Below are positions 12,860 to 26,500 of a DNA stretch of 64,000 nt, piece by piece (position 1 is the stretch's first letter; every line of letters begins with the position of its first letter). The stretch comes from Macrostomum hystrix. Its lineage: Eukaryota > Animalia > Platyhelminthes. The notes under the pieces are model-generated. The model saw nothing but the letters and a program-made list of their open reading frames with translations. It ran no database searches and was not told where the DNA came from. The position numbers were made by a program, and so were the translations under genes. The stretch spans positions 2,356,001 to 2,420,000 of the forward strand of contig CATNEN010000032.1 in the NCBI GenBank assembly GCA_950097015.1, written 5' to 3'.

Positions 12860-13290
12860 TGAAGAGAATGAGGGGAAGAATGAGTGGAAGAATGAGGGGA
12901 AGAATGAGGGGAAGATGAGTGGAAGAATGAGAAGAAGAATGAGAGGAAGAATGAGGGGAAGATGAGAGGAATAATGAGGGAAAGAATGAGGGGAAGAATG
13001 AGGGGAAGATGAGTGGAAGAATGAGAGGAAGAATGAGGGGAAGAATGAGGGGAAGATGAGTGGAAGAATGAGAGGAAGAATGAGAGGAAGAATGAGGGGA
13101 AGAATGAGTGGAAGAATGAGAGGGAGAATTAGGTTAAGAAAGAGGGGAAGAATTAGGTGAAGAATGAGGGGAAGAATGAGGTAGAAAATAAGGGGGAGAA
13201 CTAGGTTAAGAATGAGGGGAAGAATGAGGTAGAAAATGAGGGGGAGAATTAGGTTAAGAATGAGGGGAAGAATGAGGGAAAGAATGAGGC
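12860..13290. repeat. purine-rich about 12-bp repeat (GAAGAATGAGGG)n
   Basis: Direct tandem repeat. Confidence 0.9.
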
Positions 13291-13737
13291 AAGCAGGAAT
13301 AGGCGAGATAGGAGACAAAATTGCTAACCAGACGTGCGCAAAAAGCGGAGAAAGCAAAACAAAACGAGAAATATTATCCCTTTACAAGAAACTTTCGATG
13401 AGGGCTAAACGTTTTCAGGTAGAGTAAAATAAGACAACAGTTTTTGTTAAGCCCCGTGCTGATAAAGACAGAATTTATAACAAAAAATCAGCGGCAAAAC
13501 ACAGGGCAGCAAGAAGCTGCACTCGCGAAGTACAATAGTCGATAGAATACTTAAAAACACACGTTAACAGAACTCGCTCTGCGCAGACAAAGGTGTAGAA
13601 AATGTAAAGCCATCACGATAACAGCTCATATTTATGTAGAAAAATGTACACGAGGCATTATTAAACGTTTCGACAAAAAACTTTCGAAACAACTCGCAAT
13701 CTTGAATATAATTCGATTGAATTGAATGAGGCCGTCT

Positions 13738-14217
13738 TAGAGTGAGGGTGAGATTTAGAGTGAGCAGAGGGTGAGATTTAGAGTGAGTAGAGGGTGAGAT
13801 TTAGAGTGAGCAGAGGGTGAGATTTAGAGTGAGCAGAGGGTGAGATTTAGAGTGAGTAGAGGGTGAGATTTAGAGTGAGCAGAGGGTGAGATTTAGAGTG
13901 AGTAGAGGGTGAGATTTATAGTGAGCAGAGGGTGAGATTTAGAGTGAGTAGAGGGTGAGATTTATAGTGAGCAGAGGGCGAGATTTAGAGTGAGTAGAGG
14001 GTGAGATTTATAGTGAGCAGAGGGTGAGATTTAGAGTGAGCAGAGGGTGAGATTTATAGTGAGCAGAGGGTGAGATTTAGAGTGAGTAGAGGGTGAGATT
14101 TATAGTGAGCAGAGGGCGAGATTTAGAGTGAGCAGAGGGTGAGATTTAGAGTGAGCAGAGGGTGAGATTTAGAGTGAGTGGAGGGTGAGATTTAGTTTGA
14201 GCAGAGGGTGAGATTAT
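13738..14217. repeat. 23-bp minisatellite (GAGGGTGAGATTTAGAGTGAGCA)n
   Basis: Direct tandem repeat. Confidence 0.95.
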
Positions 14218-14520
14218 AGAATATCTCGACTATGCTGCATAGAACGGCTTTGAAAGTTAGTTGGTCGTATTAAGGCCGGTATATTTTGATCATTATGGTG
14301 GACTTTCACGAAAATCGGGCATTCGGTTTGGGGACTATCGTGAAGTAGGCAATGGATATTTGAAATACCCCTGCGGTTCTTCCCAAGGGGGAAAATAACT
14401 TGGTCTTACTAATAATAAGTCTTGCAATTAAAGTGCGAATTCCGAGCCAGTCCTTGTCTTCAATCAATTGCCTAAATATCAATAGGAAAGAAAAATAAAT
14501 ATTTATATACGCTGCTAAAG

Positions 14521-17500
14521 CTACATCTGCCCGCCATCACGAACTGGCTTTGGCAGCGAGCCAGACTGCGGCACCGGCCTCTTGCCGCCGACCATTGGGA
14601 ATCCACCGGCTGAGGCTTCCGGCGACGGCGAGCCGGAGCCACCGGCGCCACCGAGGCTGCCGACGAGAGCTCCGGTGCCATTGCCGCCGTTTGTGGAGGC
14701 GGCGTTCTGAAATGGACGGATAATATGGACTGGAGATGAAGGGACTGGAGATGAAGGGACTGGAGATGAAGGGACTGGAGATGAAGGGACTGGAGATGCA
14801 GGGACTGGAGATGAAGGGACTGGAGATGAAGGGACTGGAGATGAAGGGACTGGAGATGAAGGGACTGGAGATGAAGGGACTGGAGATGAAGGGACTGGAG
14901 ATGAAGGGACTGGAGATGAAGGGACTGGAGATGAAGGGACTGGAGATGAAGGGACTGGAGATGAAGGGACTGGAGATGAAGGGACTGGAGATGAAGGGAC
15001 TGGAGATGAAGGGACTGGAGATGAAGGGACTGGAGATGAAGGGACTGGAGATGAAGGGACTGGAGATGAAGGGACTGGAGATGAAGGGACTGGAGATGAA
15101 GGGACTGGAGATGAAGGGACTGGAGATGAAGGGACTGGAGATGAAGGGACTGGAGATGAAGGGACTGGAGATGAAGGGACTGGAGATGAAGGGACTGGAG
15201 ATGAAGGGACTGGAGATGAAGGGACTGGAGATGAAGGGACTGGAGATGAAGGGACTGGAGATGAATTAGGAGATTGTAAACTTGCAAATTGGCAAACAGT
15301 CAGCAAGCAGTGTAGGGCCCTAGTATTTTTTGTTGTGAATCGCAGAGTAAAGTTCTCAGCCAGCTCACACTGAGGCTTTCGAGTTGAAAATTCAGACGAC
15401 CAAAGAAGGGCCGAATAAATTAATCAGGGCGGAGACTGAGGGCCCGGTAACCGAGCCGTTCAGAATTCGAACGGAGAGGAAGGGAGAGGGGAGATGGGAG
15501 AGAGGAGATCCAAGAGCAGGTCAATGGGGGATTTATAAACCTGACTGCATGATTAAACGGTCAGCCATTTCAAAAGACAGTTGCGGATTTTTGTCATCCG
15601 AGACTTTTATGTTATTTCAATGGTATGCACTTCCCATTCTGAATCTCATCTAAATCTCCCATTCTCACTCTAATCCAAATCTCCCATTTTCACTCTAACC
15701 CAAATCTCCCATTCTCACTCTAATCCAAATCTCCCATTCTCACTCTAGTCCAAATCTCCCATTCTCACTCTAATCCAAATCTCCCATTCTCACTCTCATC
15801 CAAATCTCCCATTCTCACTCTCACCCAAATCTCCCATTCTCACTCTAATCCAAATCTCCCATTCTCACTCTAATCCAAATCTCCCATTCTCACTCTAAAC
15901 CCAATCTCCCATTCTCACTCTCACCCAAATCTCCCATTTTCACTCTAACCCAAATCTCCCATTCTCACTCTAATCCAAATCTCCCATTCTCACTCTAAAC
16001 CCAATCTCCCATTCTCACTCTAATCCAAATCTCCCATTCTCACTCTCATCCAAATCTCCCATTCTCACTCTCACCCAAATCTCCCATTCTCACTCTAATC
16101 CAAATCTCCCATTCTCACTCTAATCCAAATCTCCCATTCTCACTCTAAACCCAATCTCCCATTCTCACTCTAAACCCAATCTCCCATTCTCACTCTAATC
16201 CAAATCTCCCATTTTCACTCTCATCTAAATGTCCCATTCTCACTCTAATCCAAATCTCCCATTTTCACTCTAATCCAAATCTCCCATTTTCACTCTAACC
16301 CAAATCTCCCATTCTCACTCTAGTCCAAATCTCCCATTCTCACTCTAATCCAAATCTCCCATTCTCACTCTAAACCCAATCTCCCATTCTCACTCTAATC
16401 CAAATCTCCCATTCTCACTCTCATCTAAATGTCCCATTCTCACTCTAATCCAAATCTCCCATTTTCACTCTAACCCAAATCTCCCATTCTCACTCTAGTC
16501 CAAATCTCCCATTCTCACTCTAATCCAAATCTCCCATTCTCACTCTCACCCAAATCTCCCATTCTCACTCTCATCTAAATGTCCCATTCTCACTCTAATC
16601 CAAATCTCCCATTCTCACTCTAATCCAAATCTCCCATTTTCACTCTAACCCAAATCTCCCATTCTCACTCTAGTCCAAATCTCCCATTCTCACTCTAATC
16701 CAAATCTCCCATTTTCACTCTAACCGAAATCTCCCATTCTCACTCTAGTCCAAATCTCCCATTCTCACTCTAATCCAAATCTCCCATTTTCACTCTAATC
16801 CAAATCTCCCATTCTCACTCTCATCCAAATCTCCCATTCTCACTCTCACCCAAATCTCCCATTCTCACTCTAATCCAAATCTCCCATTCTCACTCTAATC
16901 CAAATCTCCCATTCTCACTCTAAACCCAATCTCCCATTCTCACTCTAATCCAAATCTCCCATTCTCACTCTCATGCAAATCTCCCATTCTCACTCTCACC
17001 CAAATCTCCCATTCTCACTCTAATCCAAATCTCCCATTCTCACTCTAATCCAAATCTCCCATTCTCACTCTAAACCCAATCTCCCATTCTCACTCTCATC
17101 TAAATGTCCCATTCTCACTCTAATCCAAATCTCCCATTCTCACTCTAAACCCAATCTCCCATTCTCACTCTAATCCAAATCTCCCATTCTCATTCTCATC
17201 TAAATGTCCCATTCTCACTCTAATCCAAATCTCCCATTTTCACTCTAACCCAAATCTCCCATTCTCACTCTAGTCCAAATCTCCCATTCTCACTCTAATC
17301 CAAATCTCCCATTCTCACTCTAAACCCAATCTCCCATTCTCACTCTAATCCAAATCTCCCATTCTCACTCTCATCTAAATGTCCCATTCTCACTCTAATC
17401 CAAATCTCCCATTTTCACTCTAACCCAAATCTCCCATTCTCACTCTAGTCCAAATCTCCCATTCTCACTCTAATCCAAATCTCCCATTCTCACTCTCACC

Positions 17501-20500
17501 CAAATCTCCCATTCTCACTCTCATCTAAATGTCCCATTCTCACTCTAATCCAAATCTCCCATTCTCACTCTAAACCCAATCTCCCATTCTCACTCTAATC
17601 CAAATCTCCCATTCTCACTCTCATCTAAATGTCCCATTCTCACTCTAATCCAAATCTCCCATTCTCACTCTAAACCCAATCTCCCATTCTCACTCTAATC
17701 CAAATCTCCCATTCTCACTCTCATCTAAATGTCCCATTCTCACTCTAGTCCAAATCTCCCATTTTCACTCTAACCCAAATCTCCCATTCTCACTCTAGTC
17801 CAAATCTCCCATTCTCACTCTAAACCCAATCTCCCATTCTCACTCTAATCCAAATCTCCCATTCTCACTCTCATCTAAATGTCCCATTCTCACTCTAATC
17901 CAAATCTCCCATTCTCACTCTAAACCCAATCTCCCATTCTCACTCTAATCCAAATCTCCCATTCTCACTCTCATCTAAATGTCCCATTCTCACTCTAGTC
18001 CAAATCTCCCATTTTCACTCTAACCCAAATCTCCCATTCTCACTCTAGTCCAAATCTCCCATTCTCACTCTAATCCAAATCTCCCATTCTCACTCTAAAC
18101 CCAATCTCCCATTCTCACTCTAATCCAAATCTCCCATTCTCACTCTCATCTAAATGTCCCATTCTCACTCTAATCCAAATCTCCCATTTTCACTCTAACC
18201 CAAATCTCCCATTCTCACTCTAGTCCAAATCTCCCATTCTCACTCTAATCCAAATCTCCCATTTTCACTCTAACCCAAATCTCCCATTCTCACTCTAGTC
18301 CAAATCTCCCATTCTCACTCTAATCCAAATCTCCCATTTTCACTCTAACCCAAATCTCCCATTTTCACTCTAACCGAAATCTCCCATTCTCACTCTAATC
18401 CAAATCTCCCATTCTCACTCTCATCTAAATGTCCCATTCTCACTCTAATCCAAATCTCCCATTCTCACTCTAAACCCAATCTCCCATTCTCACTCTAATC
18501 CAAATCTCCCATTCTCACTCTCATCTAAATGTCCCATTCTCACTCTAGTCCAAATCTCCCATTTTCACTCTAACCCAAATCTCCCATTCTCACTCTAGTC
18601 CAAATCTCCCATTCTCACTCTAATCCAAATCTCCCATTCTCACTCTAAACCCAATCTCCCATTCTCACTCTAATCCAAATCTCCCATTCTCACTCTCATC
18701 TAAATGTCCCATTCTCACTCTAATCCAAATCTCCCATTTTCACTCTAACCCAAATCTCCATTCTCACTCTAGTCCAAATCTCCCATTCTCACTCTAATCC
18801 AAATCTCCCATTTTCACTCTAACCCAAATCTCCCATTCTCACTCTAGTCCAAATCTCCCATTCTCACTCTAATCCAAATCTCCCATTTTCACTCTAACCC
18901 AAATCTCCCATTTTCACTCTAACCGAAATCTCCCATTCTCACTCTAGTCCAAATCTCCCATTCTCACTCTAATCCAAATCTCCCATTTTCACTCTAACCC
19001 AAATCTCCCATTCTCACTCTAGTCCAAATCTCCCATTCTCACTCTAATCCAAATCTCCCATTTTCACTCTAACCCAAATCTCCCATTCTCACTCTAGTCC
19101 AAATCTCCCATTCTCACTCTAATCCAAATCTCCCATTTTCACTCTAACCCAAATCTCCCATTCTCACTCTAGTCCAAATCTCCCATTCTCACTCTAATCC
19201 AAATCTCCCATTTTCACTCTAACCCAAATCTCCCATTCTCACTCTAGTCCAAATCTCCCATTCTCACTCTAATCCAAATCTCCCATTTTCACTTTAAACC
19301 CAATCTCCCATTCTCACTCTAATCCAAATCTCCCATTCTCACTCTCATCTAAATGTCCCATTCTCACTCTAATCCAAATCTCTCATTTTTTCACTCTAAA
19401 CCAAATTTCCCATTCTCACTCTAATCCAAATCTCTCATTTTTTCACTCTAAACCCAATCTCCCATTCTCACTCTCATCTAAATTCTCAATTTCCCACCCA
19501 AATCTCCCATTCCTACAAGGGAGTGTGCACATGAAGTGTTAGCTGACTGTAGGCATGAGAAATAGGGAAAGTAGCCATTGCGAATAGGCGAGGCCTGGGC
19601 CAGAGCTTGGCGAGGTTGTGAATAATTAATAAGCCCACAGCTAGCACAGCCTGAGCTGCATTTTCCATGAAACTTTGCCTTCCTTCCAAACGGGAGTGTC
19701 GGAGGCAGAGAGGTGAGCGATGTGTTCTCACAGTGTCCGTCATGAAGAATATGATTTCTACTGAGTAGTTTGGAAATCAGTTGGGTCGGTTTCCAGGCAC
19801 CTAATTCTGTTGAGGCAGAAGTTGCATTTCTGTCTTTTCCTACGTCATTAGCCCCCGTCTAATTTCCCTGCTCCGTGGTGGTGTAATTAAATGAATTATT
19901 GTCCACCTTGATGCTTTGCCCAAATCTTAACCATCCAGCCTTCTTTGACATCTTTAAATAACAGAGCATCCGCGTAGTTTCCTCTACCTCCTGAACCCAC
20001 CCACTTTCTATTTCCTGCTCCCTCTCCAACTACTCTCTTACCACTCACTCTCTCACCCCTCACTCTCTCACCCCTTACTCTCTCACCCCTCACTCTCTCA
20101 CCCCTCACTCTCTCACCCCTTACTTTCTCACCCCTCACTCTCTCACCCCTCACTCTCTCACCCCTTACTTTCTCACCCCTCACTCTCTCACCCCTCACTC
20201 TCTCACCCCTCACTCTCTCACCCCTTACTTTCTCACCCCTCCCTCTCTCCCCTTACTCTCTCACCCCTCACTCTCTCACCCCTCACTTTCTCACCCCTCC
20301 CTCTCTCACCCCTCACTCTCTCACCCCTCACTCTCTCACCCCTTACTTTCTCACCCCTCCCTCTCTCCCCTTACTCTCTCACCCCTCACTCTCTCACCCC
20401 TCACTTTCTCACCTCTCACTCTCTCACCCCTCACTCTCTCACCCCTCACTCTCTCACCCCTTACTTTCTCACCCCTCCCTCTCTCCCCTTACTCTCTCAC

Positions 20501-23500
20501 CCCTCACTCTCTCACCCCTCACTTTCTCACCTCTCACTCTCTCTATTCGCTAATACTCTCACCCCTCACTCTCTCTATCCGCTAACACTCTCACCCCTCA
20601 CTCTCTCTATCCGCTAACACTCTCACCCCTCACTCTCTCTATCCGCTAACACTCTCACCCCTCACTCTCTCTATCCGCTAACACTCTCACCCCTCACTCT
20701 CTCTATCCGCTAACACTCTCACCCCTCACTCTCTCTATCCGCTAACACTCTCACCCCTCACTCTCTCTATCCGCTAACACTCTCACCCCTCACTCTCTCT
20801 ATCCGCTAACACTCTCACCCCTCACTCTCTCTATCCGCTAACACTCTCACCCCTCACTCTCTCTATCCGCTAACACTCTCACCCCTCACTCTCTCTATCC
20901 GCTAACACTCTCACCCCTCACTCTCTCTATCCGCTAACACTCTCACCCCTCACTCTCTCTATCCACTCACACTCTCACCCTCACTCTCTCACCCCTCACT
21001 CTCTCTCTCTGGTTCGTCGCCTCATCAGTCTCAGTGTGAGTACAAGGTACAAACAGTCATTAAAAGTGCACGGATTAGCTAGATTGCACTAAAGCAGGCA
21101 AGGGCGCTGAAGAGACTGCAAGGCAAAGTGATGGTGTGAAATTCTGGCTAAACTGCGGCAAAGGAAATTAAGAAGTAGCTCGGGCGCCTCCCTAACCAAC
21201 CACGGGAACGGAAGCTGGCGATTGATGGAGAAGCTTTTGACTAAGAATGTGATGGAGAGCGACTGAGAAGGTGGAGTAGACTCAAGCCTAGTCCAGGTAA
21301 AAAAGTTTCATTTTCTGCACTATCGTTTTCTGAAACTGGCATTTTCCGTGCGACAAATTAGTCTCAGCTGATGCGAAGTAATGAATTTAAAATAGATATT
21401 TAAGACACTAAGACACTTACGCTCGTAGCCTAATGCTTGAAGACAATTGAAGTTATTGTCCTAAATACCTGCACCACTAGCTAATGAATTGGACGCATTA
21501 AATTGTCAGACCAGTTCCCACGCTTTCGACACAATGGAGACTGTATGAGAGAATAAATCATTTTTGAACGATAATTTCACTGAAGACAAACGCATCTCTA
21601 TTTTATACTGTAAAAGCAAGTGATGTGAGCAAAAACACAGAAAACAACAATATCATATGACAGACGACCGGACAATCTTGAAGAATTGTTTTTTATATCT
21701 TCTACTTTATGCTCTTTCTTTTAGTAGACAAAAGCAAACGACAGAATGTCTGAAGACATATCCATTTCAAAAGGCAGTGAATACCACTGAAATCCCACCA
21801 TAATTCAGGCAGTGAATGCCACTGAAATCCCACCATAATTCAGGCAGTGAATGCCACTGAAATCCCACCATAATTCAGGCAGTGAATGCCACTGAAATCC
21901 CACCATAATTCAGGCAGTGAATGCCACTGAAATCCCACCATAATTCAGGCAGTGAATGCCACTGAAATCCCACCATAATTCAGGCAGTGAATGCCACTGA
22001 AATCCCACCATAATTCAGGCAGTGAATGCCACTGAAATCCCACCATAATTCAGGCAGTAAAATTACGATCTGTTTAGTCAGTTTGTCTCTCTAGCCATAA
22101 GAAAATGTTAGAAATAATAATAGCAAACAGCTAGATGCTGAAATGGATCGATTAACTGGCGATTAAAACGGTTAACTGCTGCAGAATACAATCAGTACAG
22201 AGTCTCGAATATAAACAAACACACACACACACATTTTCCGTGACTATCTTTCATTCCAGTTAGAAGATACACTCCACAATATAACATGCATAGAAGGGGA
22301 ACAGTTTCGCTCTTTGCTCTTCTTATCAAAGCAACAGATTTCTCAGTCCAAAATCTGTGCTTTATGTCCGAAATATGTGCAGATTGTGGCAATAGAAAGC
22401 TGGATTAGTAATTAATTAGTCAGCGAAATCCAGTGAAATCTAGTGATCAAATCTAGTGAAATCTAGTGAAATCTAGTGAAATCTAGTGATATCTAGTGAA
22501 ATCTAGTGAAATCTAGTGATCAAATCTAGTGAAATCTAGTGATCAAATCTAGTGAAATCTAGTGAAATCTAGTGAAATCTAGTGAAATCTAGTGGAATCT
22601 AGTGAAATCTAGTGATCAAATCTAGTGATCAAATCTAGTGAAATCTAGTGGAATCTAGTGAAATCTAGTGAAATCTAGTGATATCTAGTGAAATCTAGTG
22701 AAATCTAGTGATCAAATCTAGTGAAATCTAGTGAAATCTAGTGAAATCTAGTGATCAAATCTAGTGAAATCTAGTGAAATCTAGTGAAATCTAGTGAAAT
22801 CTAGTGATCAAATCTAGTGAAATCTAGTGGAATCTAGTGAAATCTAGTGAAATCTAGTGATATCTAGTGAAATCTAGTGAAATCTAGTGATCAAATCTAG
22901 TGAAATCTAGTGATCAAATCTAGTGAAATCTAGTGATCAAATCTAGTGAAATCTAGTGAAATCTAGTGATCAAATCTAGTGAAATCTAGTGAAATCTAGT
23001 GAAATCTAGTGATCAAATCTAGTGATCAAATCTAGTGAAATCTAGTGAAATCTAGTGAAATCTAGTGATCAAATCTAGTGAAATCTAGCAATCAAATCTA
23101 GTGAAATCTATTGAAATCTAGTGATCAAATCTAGCGAAATCTAGTGAAATCTAGCAATCAAATCTAGTGAAATCTATTGAAATCTAGTGATCAAATCTAG
23201 TGAAATCTAGTGAAATCTAGTGAAATCTAGTGAAATCTAGTGATCAAATCTAGTGAAATCTAGTGAAATCTAGTGAAATCTAGTGAAATCTAGTGATCAA
23301 ATCTAGTGAAATCTAGCAATCAAATCTAGTGAAATCTATTGAAATCTAGTGATCAAATCTAGCGAAATCTAGTGAAATCTAGTGATCAAATCTAGCGAAA
23401 TCTAGTGAAATCTAGTGAAATCTAGTGAAATCTAGTGAAATCTAGTGAAATCTAGTGAAGTCTAGTGAAATCTAGTGAAACATCCAACTAGAACATGAAA

Positions 23501-26500
23501 AAAGTCTAGTTAATCTAGAAAAAAAACACGAAACCTAAAGTTCATTGACGAATATTAATGGAGAAAATATACGAAGTACGCCATAACTGATATATGAAAC
23601 TCGAACACGCATGGACCTACATACGCCGGCATACAACTAATCCATATAGTCTGAAATCTGGAGCTTGTTGATCAGACAGTGCTTCGACTGGGCCGGGGGA
23701 CTTAAGCCAGCCAGGCTAATCTAGAGAAGCTGGCCTCCAGCAGACCCCGGCCGCCGAGAAATTGAAGACGAGCTGACAGACAAGACCCGAGCCCGCATAC
23801 TGAGAATATAAATCGATATTTTAGGCCCGCATGGGAGGGCCGCATCCTTCCGAGCAGTTCTTTTTACACCGAAAGCCCCGCGGAGACGCCGAGCAGAGAG
23901 GGACACGGGAGAGTAGGCGGGGGAAGAAAATGGGAAAAGATCGAGCGAATCAACCCCAACCCAAGCCTCAACCCGCGCGGCTGAGACCAGGAGAAGAAAG
24001 AGCTCGTATCCCCTTCTACTATACTCGATTCGGTATAGGATGGGAATTTGGCTGATATTCCTCGATTCGGTATAGGATGGGAATTTGGCTGATGCTGTAA
24101 GTGCGAATAGAGAGCACACACATAGATTTGATCGCTTATCCTTAGTCTGAGTGAGCAGCCATCGGCTGAAGGAGGCGACCACATTGCCAACTTGTTGCTA
24201 CGCTGAAGTTAGGAAGATCCATAATCTTATTGAAACACTTTTCAATGGGATAACAGTGGACAGCCCATCTTGGACACAATGGGATAACATGGACAGCCCA
24301 TCTTGGACACAATGGGATAACATGGACAGCCCATCTTGGACACAATGGGATAACATGGACAGCCCATCTTGGACACAATGGGATAACAGTGGACAGCCCA
24401 TCTTGGACACAATGGGATAACAGTGGACAGCCCATCTTGGACACAATGGGATAACAGTGGACAGCCCATCTTGGACACAATGGGATAACATGGACAGCCC
24501 ATCTTGGACACAATGGGATAACAGTGGACAGCCCACCTAGGACACAATGGGATAACATGGACAGCCCATCTTGGACACAATGGGATAACAGTGGACAGCC
24601 CACCTAGGACACAATGGGATAACATGGACAGCCCATCTTGGACACAATGGGATAACAGTGGACAGCCCATCTTGGACACAATGGGATAACAGTGGACAGC
24701 CCATCTTGGACACAATGGGATAACAGTGGACAGCCCATCTTGGACACAATGGGATAACAGTGGACAGCCCATCTTGGACACAATGGGATAACATGGACAG
24801 CCCATCTTGGACACAATGGGATAACAGTGGACAGCCCACCTAGGACACAATGGGATAACATGGACAGCCCATCTTGGACACAATGGGATAACAGTGGACA
24901 GCCCACCTAGGACACAATGGGATAACAGTGGACAGTCCATCTTGGACACAATGGGATAACAGTGGACAGCCCATCTTGGACACAGTGGGATAACAGTGGA
25001 CAGCCCATCTTTGACACAGTGGGATAACAGTGGACAGCCCATCTTGGACACAATGGGATAACAGTGGACAGCCCATCTTGGACACAGTGGGATAACAGTG
25101 GACAGCCCATCTTGGACACAGTGGGATAACAGTGGACAGCCCATCTTGGACACAGTGGGATAACAGTGGACAGCCCATCTTGGACACAGTGGGATAACAG
25201 TGGACAGCCCATCTTGGACACAGTGGGATAACAGTGGACAGCCCATCTTGGACACAATGGGATAACAGTGGACAGCCCATCTTTGACACAGTGGGATAAC
25301 AGTGGACAGCCCATCTTGGACACAGTGGGATAACATGGACAGCCCATCTTGGACACAGTGGGATAACAGTGGATAGCCCATCTTGGACACAGTGGGATAA
25401 CAGTGGACAGCCCATCTTGGACACAGTGGGATAACAGTGGACAGCCCATCTTGGACACAATGGGATAACAGTGGACAGCCCATCTTTGACACAGTGGGAT
25501 AACAGTGGACAGCCCATCTTGGACACAGTGGGATAACAGTGGACAGCCCGTCTTGGACACAGTGGGATAACAGTGGATAGCCCATCTTGGACACAGTGGG
25601 ATAACAGTGGACAGCCCACCTTGGATACAATGGGATGTATATGAATGTACTGTTAAATTGAATAACAGGAAGGATTTTCGCAAATCCTATTTATCCCACA
25701 CAATTTAATCCTCAGCGGAATTCTCATATCTCCATGCAATGCCCGATTCAGTGGATAAATGCAGACGCAACTCCATTTAATATCGGAATTGACCGATTCT
25801 AAATGCTTAATCCAGCTCAGAGACCATTCAGTGAGGATCTAGAGTAAAGAAATTGAAGTGGTAGGGAAGGATGAGTAGCGAGGGGGGATTAGCACAGTAA
25901 AGATGGAGCAGCGAGATGTGGAATTGGTTTGATTGATCAGTGAGGACACGAAAAGTTTTGTCTAGTTTTTTTTCAGCAAAGGAAATGCGACTGAAAAAGA
26001 GTTGCCCGAACTGTCAACAATTTCCCAAATGTTTATTGCATTCCTTCTAAAAGCAAAGAAAAGTTTGTAGTTTCTAATATTTACGGACAGGTTGTCAGCT
26101 GCGTTCGCATGGCGAGTAATCCCAAAATTCTTTTCAACATAAAATAACTTCGCTTCTACAAAAAAGTCGTCTGAACTAAACAGATATTTTTTATCAACTC
26201 AGAAGGTTGTCACTAGAATAAAGATTCAACGTTTCCACTAAAAACTTTTTTGTATCTTTCAAAACAAGGGCTTTAACATACAGGAATGAGAAATTTTATG
26301 AATTCTCTAGTCATTCGAGATTGGGAAGACTTATTTTGGGATCTGTAAAAGTCTGTTAAACTATGGTAATGGGATTTTTTGGATTTGAAATTCGTAATTT
26401 ATTCGTAAAGCCATTGAAGATAGGTAAATTCCATATTTTGTGATCCGTGATTTCTGGGTTTTTAAGTCATTTAAGATAGGGGGTAAATGAGGATTGGTAA

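Noticed and set aside
14472-15306. Repeat-protein-like ORFs (PVPSS, LQSLH, MKGLE)
   Set aside because: 15-bp intronic satellite; only 14706-14521 looks exonic
23640-24240. GC-richer segment with several short ORFs inside the catulin intron
   Set aside because: No homology, no coherent splice model
21775-25636. CRISPR-like appearance of 34-35-bp repeats
   Set aside because: No unique spacers, no cas genes, eukaryotic context
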